Shown here piece by piece: positions 14,295-27,263 of a DNA stretch of 64,000 bases; the first letter of the stretch is position 1, and each line of letters starts with the position of its first letter. The DNA is from Adineta vaga (Eukaryota; Animalia; Rotifera), in the NCBI GenBank assembly GCA_021613535.1, contig CP075496.1, positions 3,224,001-3,288,000 on the forward strand, read 5' to 3'. The notes under the pieces were generated by a model, which was not told where the DNA came from, did no database searches, and saw only the letters and a list, made by a program, of their open reading frames with translations. Both the position numbers and the translations under genes were made by a program.

Positions 14295-15598
14295 TCATAT
14301 AAAAGAAATTCTTGTTTTTTCTGCTCGACAATTTTGATGATCATACCATTCATGTATAAGATCTACATCCATTGAGATAATATCATCAATCAATAATGGA
14401 TTAAGTAATTTGCCAATTTCTTCTCCAATTTTCACTGTTGTATTACATGCAAACGGTGGAAGATCATTTTTTTCTGCTTTACTATATCGTGCAATACCTT
14501 TCATATCTTCTTTCCAAAGATGAACAATAAAAGTAAATGATGATTTCAATGATTCATTTCTACGATGTAAATAAATAATTATAGATTTGAAAAAATAAAA
14601 TTTCCATCTTACTTGCAAAGATTTCCATCTATATTTACTTCGAATGTTTCAATTTCAGTTAAACTATGATTCGTTGGAATATGATGAAGACGAGTACGTG
14701 GCAATAATTTCAATGTTGTATTAAAAACTTCTATTCTGCTGTAGAGAACTTTCAATACAGGTTCATGAGTATCGCGTATATGTAAAGGTAGAATTGGAAA
14801 TATACATTGAATGATATAATCATATTTACATGAAACAAGTGTTTCATCAATATAGACAAGAAATCGACGTAATAATGATGCTTGTGTACCATAGATAACA
14901 AATGTTTCATTACTAAAAAGCGTAAATTTTGTTTTGGATATTTGATAATTCGTCGTATATTCCATTGATTTTGGATTACGTATATAACTTTGATCAATTC
15001 GCCAAATATTCGTTTTTGATTGATTAAATTGAAATATTTGTTCACTAGGAAATATCAATTGAATTTTATTATCTAACAATGTTGTATTATATTCTGATGA
15101 TTGAAGAAATAACATAAATGTCATTTCACCATTCGTTGCAATGGCAATATGTTGCTGTTGATTTTCAGTATTAAGATTGATTAATAATGCCCATCGTGAA
15201 CGATAATATGAATATTCATGATAAACATTTCGAATAAGATCATCAAGTGAACAAAGTTCAATACCATGTAAATGAAGTTGATTAACTTGAATAGATGTTC
15301 GAATTAAATGATTTAAATGTATACGAATTGTTCGAAAATATTCTTGATCCGTAGGACAAATTGATGAAAATGTTTTTTCCTGATTTTCAAGAATCAAATT
15401 CGATGATTGACAATCCAAACTTATTTGATCATATCTATTCGAATGGATTCGAAGACTAGAGAAATTGTATTGAAAATTTGTACAATTTCCACTTGAAGTA
15501 TATTTAGAATTAAAATGAAATAATTCATCGATAGATAACTGTCCATGAGTAACAACAAAGATAAGAAATAAGTAGAAAAGCATGATTGTATTCTTCAT
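14295..15598 (-). CDS. Secreted protein of unknown function with divergent NIDO-like and IPT/TIG-like segments
   Basis: Signal peptide MKNTIMLFYLFLIFVVTHG; one long exon plus a second exon after an intron near 14560-14612; segments IAIATNGEMTFMLF and FVIYG...VYID...C...IQCIFP. Confidence 0.65.
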
Positions 15599-16135
15599 AT
15601 GAAAACCTTTCTTTTGATTGTAAGATATTCGATCGGATGAAAACCTTTTTATTTTCATATGATTTTAGTGATATGAGATGAATGAATCAATATTCGATGA
15701 TTAAGTAGAAAGAAAAGAATTGAATAACATCCTGATTAAAATGCCATATTCTTAGTAAGGATTGAATCTATATACTTTAGATTAAATTTCTTCATTGTTA
15801 TATCAATCTATATATTCTGATTCGTCATAAAAAATATCAATAACATTGATAATGATATTAAAATAAAGAATATTCAGTTAATGAGAGATTTAATCAAAAC
15901 TTAGACATTTATTTGATAGGAAAAAAACAGTTTTCACCTTGATATTCATTATGAGTCATCTTCACTTTGATTATCATAGTTAAAATGTGATTGATAGAGA
16001 AAAAAATATCATACTTGTTTTTGTTGTTTTACGTCGATACAAATAAAAAATGGTTTGAATAAAGTTTTCATACTCTTACACTATTATACATTTATCATCG
16101 TTTTGCTTTTTGATCGTACTTTTAAATAGTTTACT

Positions 16136-17161
16136 ATGACGTCTACTGCAATACGGAGAGAATGTACAAAAGGTCAAGAATGTAAACAAGCCGGTGTTGC
16201 TCATTGTGAAGGATGTTTACAAACATTTTGTATTAAACATTTCAATGATCATCGTCGTTCATTAGATGAAGAATTGAATGTTCTATCTGGTGAATATGAT
16301 GACTTTAGGACAACATTGAATTTAGAAGCTGCTAGTCCTTTTATAACAATACGTCTTCGAGAGATTGATCAATGGGAAAGCAAATCGATTGAACAGATTC
16401 AACAGAAAGCAAATGATTTACGTGAAGAATTATTACAATTAAAAGCTGTTCATATCGAAAGTTTATCAACAAAATATCAAGGTTTAACTCAGCAAATCAA
16501 GGAAAGTAGAAATAAAGATGACTTTATCGAAATGGATATTGAACGTTGGTCTAAAAGACTTGAAGATATGAAATCGAATCTTATTTCATCGACAACGATT
16601 ATTCTTGCTCAACATCAAAATGTACCATTGATAGCAAATCTCTCCGTGGATTTTTTATGGACAGGAAACGAACTATTCGATCGGGTTCATAGTGATGACG
16701 TACAAATCGAACAAGATGGCGAAGTAGTTAAAGCTTTGAGTTTTTTCATGACAGCAAATGAAATACGCGGCAAAAATAATTATGCATTTGGTTGTCATAA
16801 GATTCGTCTACGAATTGAACATCTAACAAAACAATGGACATTCTTAGGAATTAATTCAGCACGAATTCCTTTACAAAAATCTTCCTACGAAGCAAAATCT
16901 GCATATGGATGGTGCAATAGTAATTACATCTATGTCAAAGGAAAATCTCAACTGAATAAAACAGATTCACCCATTGAAATGGATGTTAATGATTTCATTA
17001 CATTAATTTTCGATTGTGATAATCGTCAAATTTCGATGATTAACGAACGTACTGAAGTGAGACATAATTTGACTGTGAATACAAATCATTGTCCATTTCC
17101 TTGGCAATTACATGTTGCACTTCGAAATCGTAATACTTCGATTCGTATTTTATCAACATAA
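16136..17161 (+). CDS. RING-less TRIM-like protein: B-box, coiled coil and SPRY/B30.2-like domain; intronless
   Basis: C..C....HCEGCLQTFCIKHFNDHR; heptad region; C-terminal FLGIN...YGWC...NDFITLIFDCDNRQI...CPFPWQLHVAL. Confidence 0.8.
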   Translation: MTSTAIRRECTKGQECKQAGVAHCEGCLQTFCIKHFNDHRRSLDEELNVLSGEYDDFRTTLNLEAASPFITIRLREIDQWESKSIEQIQQKANDLREELLQLKAVHIESLSTKYQGLTQQIKESRNKDDFIEMDIERWSKRLEDMKSNLISSTTIILAQHQNVPLIANLSVDFLWTGNELFDRVHSDDVQIEQDGEVVKALSFFMTANEIRGKNNYAFGCHKIRLRIEHLTKQWTFLGINSARIPLQKSSYEAKSAYGWCNSNYIYVKGKSQLNKTDSPIEMDVNDFITLIFDCDNRQISMINERTEVRHNLTVNTNHCPFPWQLHVALRNRNTSIRILST

Positions 17162-17566
17162 ATTTTATTTATTTATTTATTAATCGTTTGAATAAAACTA
17201 TTCTTTTATCATATATTTGATTCTGAAAGTACTTAGAATATGTAAAAAGAAAACCATGAGATGTCTAGTCATGTTTAATAATTCTGACGATCACGAAGAG
17301 CTTCGAAATAAATAGAATTATTTTTTCTAGTCTCTATTCAATTCCTTTGAATATTACACGTCCGTCAGATTATCGAATATGTCGGATGCGTGAATACCAA
17401 ATGAACTTCTTTAAAAATGATGTCACGTTGTCAAAACTTCGTTTACTCATAATCCAACAACAATTCTATTCATATAAACTCATTCTAAGACAAATGATCA
17501 ATTCACATGAATGATTCATCGTAGTATTAATTAAAAAAGAACAATTCAGTCTCGAAACTATAATCA

Positions 17567-18423
17567 ATGGATTTCAATGATGAGCATACTATTAGCATAT
17601 CAGATTCAGTTGTAAACACGGAACCTTTTCGATTCGATTTTGAACATGTGAAATCGTCTACATCCTTAGAAATAACTCATACGAATTATTTACAAATGAA
17701 TATAAGTGAACCATTAAATCAGGCATTAATTTATGTCTTAATTTATCAACCACATGATGCTATTGAATTTATTGCTAGTAAGTAAAATATCGACTATTGT
17801 GTTTCTTCTTAGACAAACATTTTCTAATCTGATTACAAGAAGAAGAATAAGTATATATCTATTCATCAGCGATATTCACCTTCATTTAATCGGAAATAGA
17901 TTATTTCCGTTCGCGTGATAGAACTTTATAGTCAAAGGTCAGTATGTCAATCAAAGTTAATTTGTTAGATTTTCTTTCATGAATACTATTTTTAATTTTG
18001 TTTTTAAACCTACTAGATTTCTTAATCGATTGGTCACGTCGAAAAACGTATCAACAGTTAATAGCTCAAAATACAAATATCCCTTGTGAGAAACAAAATA
18101 ATAGCGAAGAAGAACAAAAGAAAAAATTGATTTTTCAATATGATAAACATGTTTTAACATCATATCAAGGTGATTGGCATGTTGATCCACGAACAGATGA
18201 TGAACGCGAACCATTGAATATAATTTTCGAACGAAAACAAGAAATCTATCGTCCAAATATTAAACAGTATATTCATACACATGATACAGCTAGTGAAACT
18301 GATCGTGATATAAGAAATAATTTCGATGATAATGAAACTCATATTTGTCATAATGATAATTTATCATCTTTGACATATTTCTCTCAGTTGAAGGACAAAA
18401 TCATCCGATGTAATGAATCTTAA
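17567..18423 (+). CDS. Dpy-30/DYDC-like docking-domain protein
   Basis: Joining 17567-17777 to 18017-18423 gives NYLQMNISEPLNQALIYVLIYQPHDAIEFIANFLIDWSRRK, which fits the Dpy-30 motif pattern (YL...L..AL.....P.D.IEF.A.FL). Confidence 0.65.
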
Positions 18424-19892
18424 ATCAAAAAAAATTAAAGATCATTTGTGATGCTAAGAACAATTAGATTCTTTTCCTTGTGTGTGTCAAACAGATGCTT
18501 TCAATCGATCATCTTTTTTTTCTTTTGCATTCACATATAAATATATACGATTATGTTCACATGCAACTGGGCCAAATGAGTACACATACGCGACATATAT
18601 ATATACTCAACGGAGGTTGTTGAATCAATATTAAACATAGATTAAATGGAATAATAATCAGAAAAGAAATATGTATTTTACAGATTAAATTTTCTCTTCG
18701 ATTTTCTTTCTCTCTACATACACGCATGATTTCTTGGTGTTTATACATTATAGTTCGAGGTCATGATTACAACTGTATGTTATGTTCAGTAAAGAGAAGG
18801 CGATAACATAAACCTATCTGCCTACCTATCTATCTCTCAGAAACAGACATGCAACGCGACAAATTACTCTCTTAACTGGAGGAAAAAAATACTTCTTACG
18901 AGAATTATGCAATTGAGCAATCCTATGGCTTCAGATCGTGTCAGTTTCTTTTTTTCTTCTTCTTCTTCTTTTTGTTAACGAGAAAAAAAAACTAAGTGAC
19001 GAAGAACAATCAGAACTGATGTTCTCTTTGGGGGTCATAATCTAACAGGATAGTGACAATGAGAACTTTTTTTTACTATAAACTATACTTATCTAACTCA
19101 ATAAAAAGAATAGAATAAAAATCAAAAGGAAACATTGTTTTATAATCTTCGGTTACACTCTTAACCTCGATAGATGATTATGTGTATATATATAAGCGTA
19201 AAACATTCACTTTCCGGTTATGGTGTATTTATGCCTCAAGCAATGGTATTATTTAAATATGTTGAACACATACCTATATAGTGTTCAACGAAGTTTTTCT
19301 AATACTTTCTATTTGTCTTCGCACTAGTATTTTGCAAAGAAATAGATTAATATGACGAAAAACTAGTCTTCACTTTGAAAATTATAGGAAATGAGGTGTT
19401 TGATCGATAAAAGCAAGATTCATCCTTGAAAATAGACATTGATTATCTGTTTGATATATTTGTATTGTATAGTTCAATGGATGTCATTCTGTCAGTTAGT
19501 TTCTATGTCTGTCTATAAATCAATGAACTGTGTATAGCATGTATGTATGTGCAGTTCAAGCGACAAGGTCGATGTTTTACTAATGCTGTTGTCGTTGTTG
19601 TTGTAAGCTTCTATTCATGAACAGAACACTGATTGAATAATTTCAGGATTCTGACGAGCGATGATGATTATCCTTTTTTTCTCTTTCTGACGACAAGCCG
19701 ATCATGATTGAGCCATACACTCTTTTCGTTTCTTTGTTTCTCTCTCTCTCTGTCTCTCTCGTTCTTGTCGTTCTACATTTCTTCTCTTGCTCTCTTTCTC
19801 GCGCGTCATCTTCTAACTATTGCGGTGTTCATTCACTCGCTAGTAGTGCCACCCACTAGGCCCTATTGAAACATCAATACGTCATTATCATT

Positions 19893-19923
<31 letters not shown>

Positions 19924-21952
19924 TTCTTCAGACAGCTTTTCAATATTATTTAAAAGAGAAATCTATCAACAAGAAAGGTAAGTTGTAATTTTTCTTTCTG
20001 AAACAATAGAATATCCAGCAGATGGTCTAATTGTTGATGAATTATTCTTTGCATCTGTGTTCCGGTAAACTACTTATAAAATACAGCTGAACTGAATAAC
20101 ACCTTTACTTCAAAAGAAAAGCGTGAGACAAGTGGAACGTATAGAGACGTTGTAGTTGATTAATTGACCTAGTCAGAAAATAATTGCCCATTGCTCTATC
20201 TTGATGCCAAACAATCACTGACATCCATGCAATCATGGAACTAACAGTGAGAAAAGAACAAAAAATGCCGCTCGTTTGACCAATTGACTTACATATGTAT
20301 ATAAACTACCTGTTCATATGAAAAGTGTGTGCGTGTGTTTGTGTTTGTGGAAGCAGATGGCCAGAAATACATATATTATGCAGTTCACTATGACCATGTC
20401 AAGACGTTTTTCTTGATAATTCTTTTTTTCTTTTATCATCTGACATTTGTGTACAAGACGCATTTACATAAGGTGAGTAGTTATTATATAGGCAAAAATC
20501 AATTTGTTTTTTGGGTACATCGATTGAGTGGTTCATTTGTTGTCAGCAGGAGAAGTAGTAACTTATGAAAATAAGGGAATATGTAAACATAAGTCAAGTA
20601 CAACCATGAAGGGTGAAGAGAAAAGAAGAGAAGGCGAAGACAACAGATGAAGAAGAACAAGCAGATATTGAGAAGAGAATTGATCATCATTTAGCAATGA
20701 AGATGCCAAAATTAACTGACTGACTGTTCAATAACTAAGCGCAATCATAATTCTGTATATACAAAGAGGAAAAAAGCGGCTGTCGTTACTGCTACCACTA
20801 GTACTAGTGCAAGTAGTAGTAGTACTACTACCACTAAAGCTCTGTTTAATGGACTGCGAACGGGATGTGATGTGTGATGCAATTCTCTTCTGACGACCTA
20901 ATTATCGACATAAGGTCGGGTCGAACAGATGAAACGGAAGAAAAAAAACGCGTGAGAGAAAAATAGCCTGATTGTATATACATATATATGTAACCACAAA
21001 TTTAGAACTTTCGTTAGATTCTTTTTTCTTTCCTTTTTTTTACATTTCAAATTTCGGGTTACTATTGTATCAATTGATTGTCTGTCCGCCCATCTCATAT
21101 TATGTCAATTGTGATTATGAATGACATTTTTATATTCGTTTATGAATAGAGTAACACGGAGTTTTTTTTCCTTCATTTTTTTAATATGTTCTAACGTGCG
21201 TGTGAACTCTAGATTTCAATCATTTTATATTCTTATCATACGCATTTGTGCGAACTAGAACATGTACTCTGTACATTGCTTCACATACATTTAGTAAAAG
21301 AAATTTGTAGAAAATACTTGAATGAATATATTCTGCGTCTCGTTTTTTTTACTACATAATCTGACACACTGCTCTGGTGTCACAATCGTTTCTTTCTTGA
21401 AGTTATTCAATGAATGTTGATCAAAGTAGTTGTTAATTGCGAACAGACCACTGACTTTGACCCTTCCGTCTCGTCCTGTACATATATATGTATATATATT
21501 CTATTTGATTTTATTGTTGCTAGCGAGTTGTTGAAGGAGGAGTTGCATTGATCGAGTCAGTGGCTTTGATGTGTGTACTACTAATGACGTTGATTGCAAT
21601 GCAAAAGCAAGACAAAAAAAAAGATCGATCATTGAATAGACTAAAAGTGGTCGTTGAACTGATTTCATTACACATTCACTCATTGTCGTCATTTTCGCCG
21701 ATAGGATACTTTGACGTTTATCAACACTTACTGATGACCTCTTGCCTCTCATGCTCTCTTCTATCTTTGAGATCGATGTATCAATCGTTTTGAACACGCA
21801 CACGAATGTTCACTCGCTCGAAATGGTTGTTTGACACGCATATATCTCGATTTGATTGTTTTATTTAAAATTTATATTAATATTCAGAAAGAGAAAAAGA
21901 ATCAATTTTTTATTATTAGATAAAGCGCATTATAAATTAATAGCATACGATT

Positions 21953-23261
21953 ATGAATTCGTGTTCGATTTTATTTTCATCATCATATTCTCTTTTTCAA
22001 ACATATCCATTTTTAAAATGTCGTTCTCAACATGAATTGCAATCACATAATTCGATGTCACCTATTTCATATGCTGAAGGTCTGAACTTTCGCCAATCAT
22101 TAGTTTATAAATAACAATAAGATATTCAAACAGGAACATCATGTAAATCTGAAGATAATTATCCATGTTATATCGATTATATGCTTTCATTGTATTATCG
22201 TGGTTATGGACAAGTACGAGAATTATATCTTGAAGATAATCATATGGGAGATCCATCTTTAGTACTTCAAGCTCCAAATATCACTATATCTCAAGCAGAT
22301 CTAATGGAAAATCTGGCAAAAGCTCTCAAATTATTTGCGAATGAAGGTATTCGAAAACGTTTTATGGTTATTAATTTTTCACATGGTGTTTATATTATCG
22401 GTGGATATCAATATATATCAAATAAATATCAACGACGAATAGCAAAATCTGATTATTTTTATAATAATCAACTAGATAAATTGATTCCTATATCACCATT
22501 ACCTGACGGACGTGTTAGTTTTGCAGTATGTACAGATGGACGATACATCATTTGTGCCGGAGGTTAGTGACTTATCAGAAATAATATGTACACGTGGATG
22601 TTATTTAGGTCATACCTATATGAATGTTGCATTGAATTCTGTTTATATGTTTGATATAGAGGAAAACATCTGGATACGTCTACCAGATATACCAGCACCA
22701 ACAAGTGGTGCTGGAATTGCTTTTCACAGAAATAGAATTCATTTACTCGGTGGTTTTGATATTATTCTGAATCGTTCGATTGTACACGGAGAAGTGTGCT
22801 TGAATTTAGCGTTTCGAATCTATTGATGAATTATTTTTCTTTAGTATATCGTATTAGATTTAGAAGAGAAAGATAAAGGTTGGATTCGTCGAACAGAAAT
22901 TGTTCCAGGTCGAGCACGACCATTACTTTTAGTCGTATCGGACCCTTTGGATGCAAATCAAACAGCAATCTATAGTGCTGGTAGAATTTATTCTAAGGGA
23001 TTCTATTTAAAACTGATACATTTTTCAGGTGGTTATGATATTGATAATCTTCATAAACCACATCCTACTCCTCGATTGGAATATTATAATGAACGATTTG
23101 AACGATGGGAATTTATGGATACTATTGAAAACTTAAAATTAGAACATGGTCTAACATATTCAAATAATAAATTAAATGTTATTGCTAATAATCAACGTTT
23201 ACAACAGTATGATTTTCGTACGAAAAAATGGACAAAAAGTATGGTAAACAATCAACCATAA
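21953..23261 (+). CDS. Kelch-repeat protein, no BTB domain seen
   Basis: Repeats VYIIGG, YIICAGG, IHLLGG and IYSAGG with downstream Y/F...W. Exons from about 21953-22079 onward. A probable non-coding first exon ends at the donor near 19978. Confidence 0.8.
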
Positions 23262-24529
23262 CCAGACGAAACTACTTGAATAAAGAATCACAAGTGTCTC
23301 TATCATCCTTTATATTAACAAATCAAACAATTGCTAACAACAAATAGAATGATGATCACATACATTTTCTTGAATCATTCATTTGTTGATTATCATAAAG
23401 TGCAAATGAGCATAGTTTTTCTTTGAAAATAGCTAAATTTCTCTTCAAGAAATTGTAAGAATGGCAAGTGCTTCTCTCGTTCCGTTTGTTCTTAATAGCT
23501 TTATCTAGATATGTAATTGATGCTGCTGCAAAAGCAAAACTTGACGATTATAAATCGTGTTCTTCTCTTTTTATTTTATTCGACCGTAAATGAATCATAG
23601 ATATACATCCGCAATTAACTTTTTTTTTGGTATGTATTGTTTCAAGTAGTTGAAGAGAGGAAAAAAAAGTGGCCATTGGCCGATGACAATAAGTGTAAAT
23701 GAGTTTTTTGCATGCAATGTCTGTATAGATAGTGAAAAGAGTGATAGACATCAAATCGACGATAGGTTTTTTCCCTATTATGCCGACACTATTCGCATGA
23801 TAGAACGAAGACGAACTAGAAGAGATAAAGAGAAACAGAGTTCCGGCGCCTTGAATCATTGTAAGGCGGAGTAGTGAATGATGGAACAGAGAGAGACAGA
23901 GAGAGCGAAGGAAGAGAAAAGCAAACTTGATGTTACTATTGTTGAATGAGAAGTCGTAGAAATTGTTGCACTACTTGCCGGAAGTTCCTTCACTCTTCTC
24001 TACATTACGCGATTTGAGAAAACGACTCTCGTCTCCTCTTACTGTCATTTTGAGATGAATAATGCATCACTTTTCATTAATGAACAAAGAATAATAGGTA
24101 AATGAGAATCATTTATATAAATTAAATTGTATAACTAGAAAAGATACGTCAGTCATTTTCTTCGAAGAAAAAGTTGAAAAACAAGTTAGATAAAATGAAG
24201 ATATTCTTCTCATTTCTTAATAGTAATGTTTTAAAATAAAATTTTCGCATTTCTTACACCATCCTTGAAAGAGATCCGTACACTCAGTAAATTTCACATG
24301 ACCTTCATTGGCATACCACATACTGCTGAAGTCATATCATTCTTACTTTTACACATGTTTCGAAACATAGATAATTCTTCTCGATACTGTTTATAACTTT
24401 TATCAAGCTCTTTTCGTTGTTGGTCACTAAATTTAGTCTTCTTTTTTAGATATACATAGATGAGGCAATTTAACAAGTCTGATTAAGAATAAGGTGTCTT
24501 ATTATTTAATAAAACATGAATCAACGAAA

Positions 24530-25580
24530 ATGTTATTGCTGAAAGGTATGTAAACTATTTAAATTAAATGATATTAAACATCTATCATTTTAGTTCTATG
24601 GATTTTTATTTCAACGGTTAACATCTCATGTTCAATGTATTATTTAAATAATTTCCATACCGACTATCCAGATGCTCATATAATTATTGCTAATTGTGGT
24701 GATACAATATCACTTTCTTGTCCGACAGAATTAGATAATGATCTTATTCGATCATCATCTCTTGTAAGATATATTTGTATATTTTTAGTATTATTTCATA
24801 TCGTTTTATTTTGTTGTCTTGTAGATTCCAGTAATGTGGTTTCGTTTGTATGAAAATGCTTATCCTCAAGCATTAATACTTGGTGATCGTCAATTAATTG
24901 ATGATCAACGTTTTATGTTACGTACACAAAATCATGATCGTCATCTTGAAATAGTCGGTGCAAGAAAAGATGATCAAGGTTATTATATCTGTAAGACAGG
25001 AAATATAGTTCGATCAAGTTATAATTTAACTATTGCAAGTAAGAATTTTCATTCGAATAAAAACAGAATCATTTGTCTGTTTTGTTGTTAGCTAATACAT
25101 GTATTGATATTATTCCCGATCATTTACATGTAAATATCAATGAGCCAATTCGTCTTGTCTGTCGTATACGTTCGACAGATGCATTTAATGAATTGAATAT
25201 ACGTGTACAATGGACACGAAATGATTATCCATTAATTAATATAGCTGAAAGTCTTTCGAATTATTCTTCAACTGATGGAACTCTTTACGAGACATTAACC
25301 ATACGAAAAGCACGAAAAGTTGATACGGGCATCTATACATGTCGATACGGTCAACTTTTAACTGCAACAGCACATGTTATTGTCAATCAATGTATGTTCA
25401 CGTTTCTTTTTCTTTTTTCTTGTTATTTTATTGATTATTTTAGATCCTGGTGGTAGTAAATCACGTCGTTTAATATCTCAAATAAATGGGAACAAATCTT
25501 CTTTGAAAGCATCTTTACGAACAGTAGTAGTCAGTCTTTTTTATATTGTATATCAACTTGTTTTCGTCTTCTCATCGTAA
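24530..25580 (+). CDS. Two-Ig-domain cell-surface protein (Dpr/IgLON-like), possibly GPI-anchored
   Basis: Signal peptide split over two exons; Ig motifs LSCP..VMWFR..DDQGYYIC and LVCRI..VQWTRN..DTGIYTC; hydrophobic C-terminal tail. Confidence 0.8.
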
Positions 25581-25648
25581 ATATATTCATAGATACAACC
25601 AGAATTTTATTCATTAATGTTTATCTTATTAAACAAAACAAAAATATG

Positions 25649-25896
25649 TTACTCAACTACACTTGTTTTTCCCTCAGGCGTTGTCACAGAAATTGATGGT
25701 AAAACAATAACTAAAAATTTCAAAAAGAAAATGATTAAATTCAAAAATAAAACATACGACTATTAGGTTTCATAGGTTTATCTTGAGCACGTTGTGAAGA
25801 TGCAAAGAATTTCAGAACTTGATCTACTATCATTGTAAATTGAAATCGTTTTGTTGGTGATGTCGTTGTTTTCATATTTGAGTCTGACAATGACAT
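25649..25896 (-). CDS. 66-aa two-exon microprotein of unknown function
   Basis: Exons 25896-25758 and 25710-25649, joined by a 47-nt GT-AG intron in frame: MSLSDSNMKTTTSPTKRFQFTMIVDQVLKFFASSQRAQDKPMKPNSLIVLPSISVTTPEGKTSVVE*. Confidence 0.55.
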
Positions 25897-27263
25897 GATT
25901 TCTGTCCAAGATACAATTATATATATAGAGAGAGAAACAAATATTAACGAACGTTCTTTTCTCTTACAATCAAAATTTACCTTGTGCCAACGATTAAACA
26001 TGAATACTTATATATTTATGACGTATATCTCTCAATGAAAAGTAAAAGAATGAAGAGAAGAAAAAAAAACCTTTCGCTTACAGTCACTATGTTTTTTTAC
26101 TATATTAACGAAGGGTTGGGTTTGTTTTTGATAGAAACTATCGATTCATATCTATTATTATTATTATTGATAAATACACGAGGTTGATTTTATGAGTAAC
26201 TAGAAAATATTCGACGGACATACAGAAGAGAAGAAAAAAAGATATATATCAAGACGTGATACAATAAAAATGTCGTTTTCTTTCATATGTAGACAGTCGA
26301 GTTAGTGTCAATCAAAATAAGTATAGCGAAAGTTATTATTTTATTTTAAATAGAATATATTGCGTGTAATAGTGACTAGTATGATGTGATGAATAAGAGA
26401 GATAAATCTAAAAATTCATCTGATAATAGACAGAAATATTCTCAAGTTTTTAATGATAGAGTATCTTGTCATGGAATCAATATTAAGTAACATCTTTTAA
26501 ACTTCATCTTTCTATGGAATTATTGTATTTGATTTCTTGAAAGATCACTCGTACACAACAATGAAATCATTTACTCTTTGCCATCAGAACTTGTTTTTGA
26601 GCTATTAACTCAAAGAATATTTCTAGATGAATGACTTAATAGAAATGAATGAATAAATGTCATTATATAAGGGCTGATAAAATGATGTTGTTTTTTACTA
26701 TGCCATTGAAAAAAGCATTTCCGAGTAATATAATTTATTATCACTTAAAGGCAATACAGAAACTGAAATTACTTCTAATTCTGTTAGAAATATTTATCAA
26801 TGTTGAAAAATAGAATGATACAAATGCGAATTGAACTATTCTCAATCAAATCAAGTATATTCTCAGACGATCTACTAACAATGTATGATGTTGAAGTGTG
26901 ACAATAGAGTTTCAGCTGTGCACTTATCTGTTATCTTAATTATTAACTTTTCATTTGTTAATAATTCTATTCTATGTTTTCTTTTGAATAATTTCCATAA
27001 TTAACAAAATTGTATTTATTTGTTTGCAATAGATCAGAATCAATAGTTCATGCCATATGATCTCTAATCGATAAAGAGAGTTAATATGTTCAATATGTCA
27101 TCTAATTTCATTTGTCTGACTCTTTCTCCGCACGAGAATATGGAAATGTCATGTAATATGATCTAGTTTTCTTGTGTAGCATTCAACATTCAAAAATCAA
27201 CTACATCTGTGAGTTTTATTTTTTGAAATCATTCATCTGAACAAAAAAAAACACAATGATTCG

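Noticed and set aside
19261-19289. 9-bp inverted repeat GTTGAACAC...GTGTTCAAC
   Set aside because: Short and isolated; no target-site duplication or second copy; plausible by chance in AT-rich DNA
20787-20836. ACT/AGT palindromic triplet array
   Set aside because: Low-complexity microsatellite-like sequence with no spacer structure; not CRISPR-like
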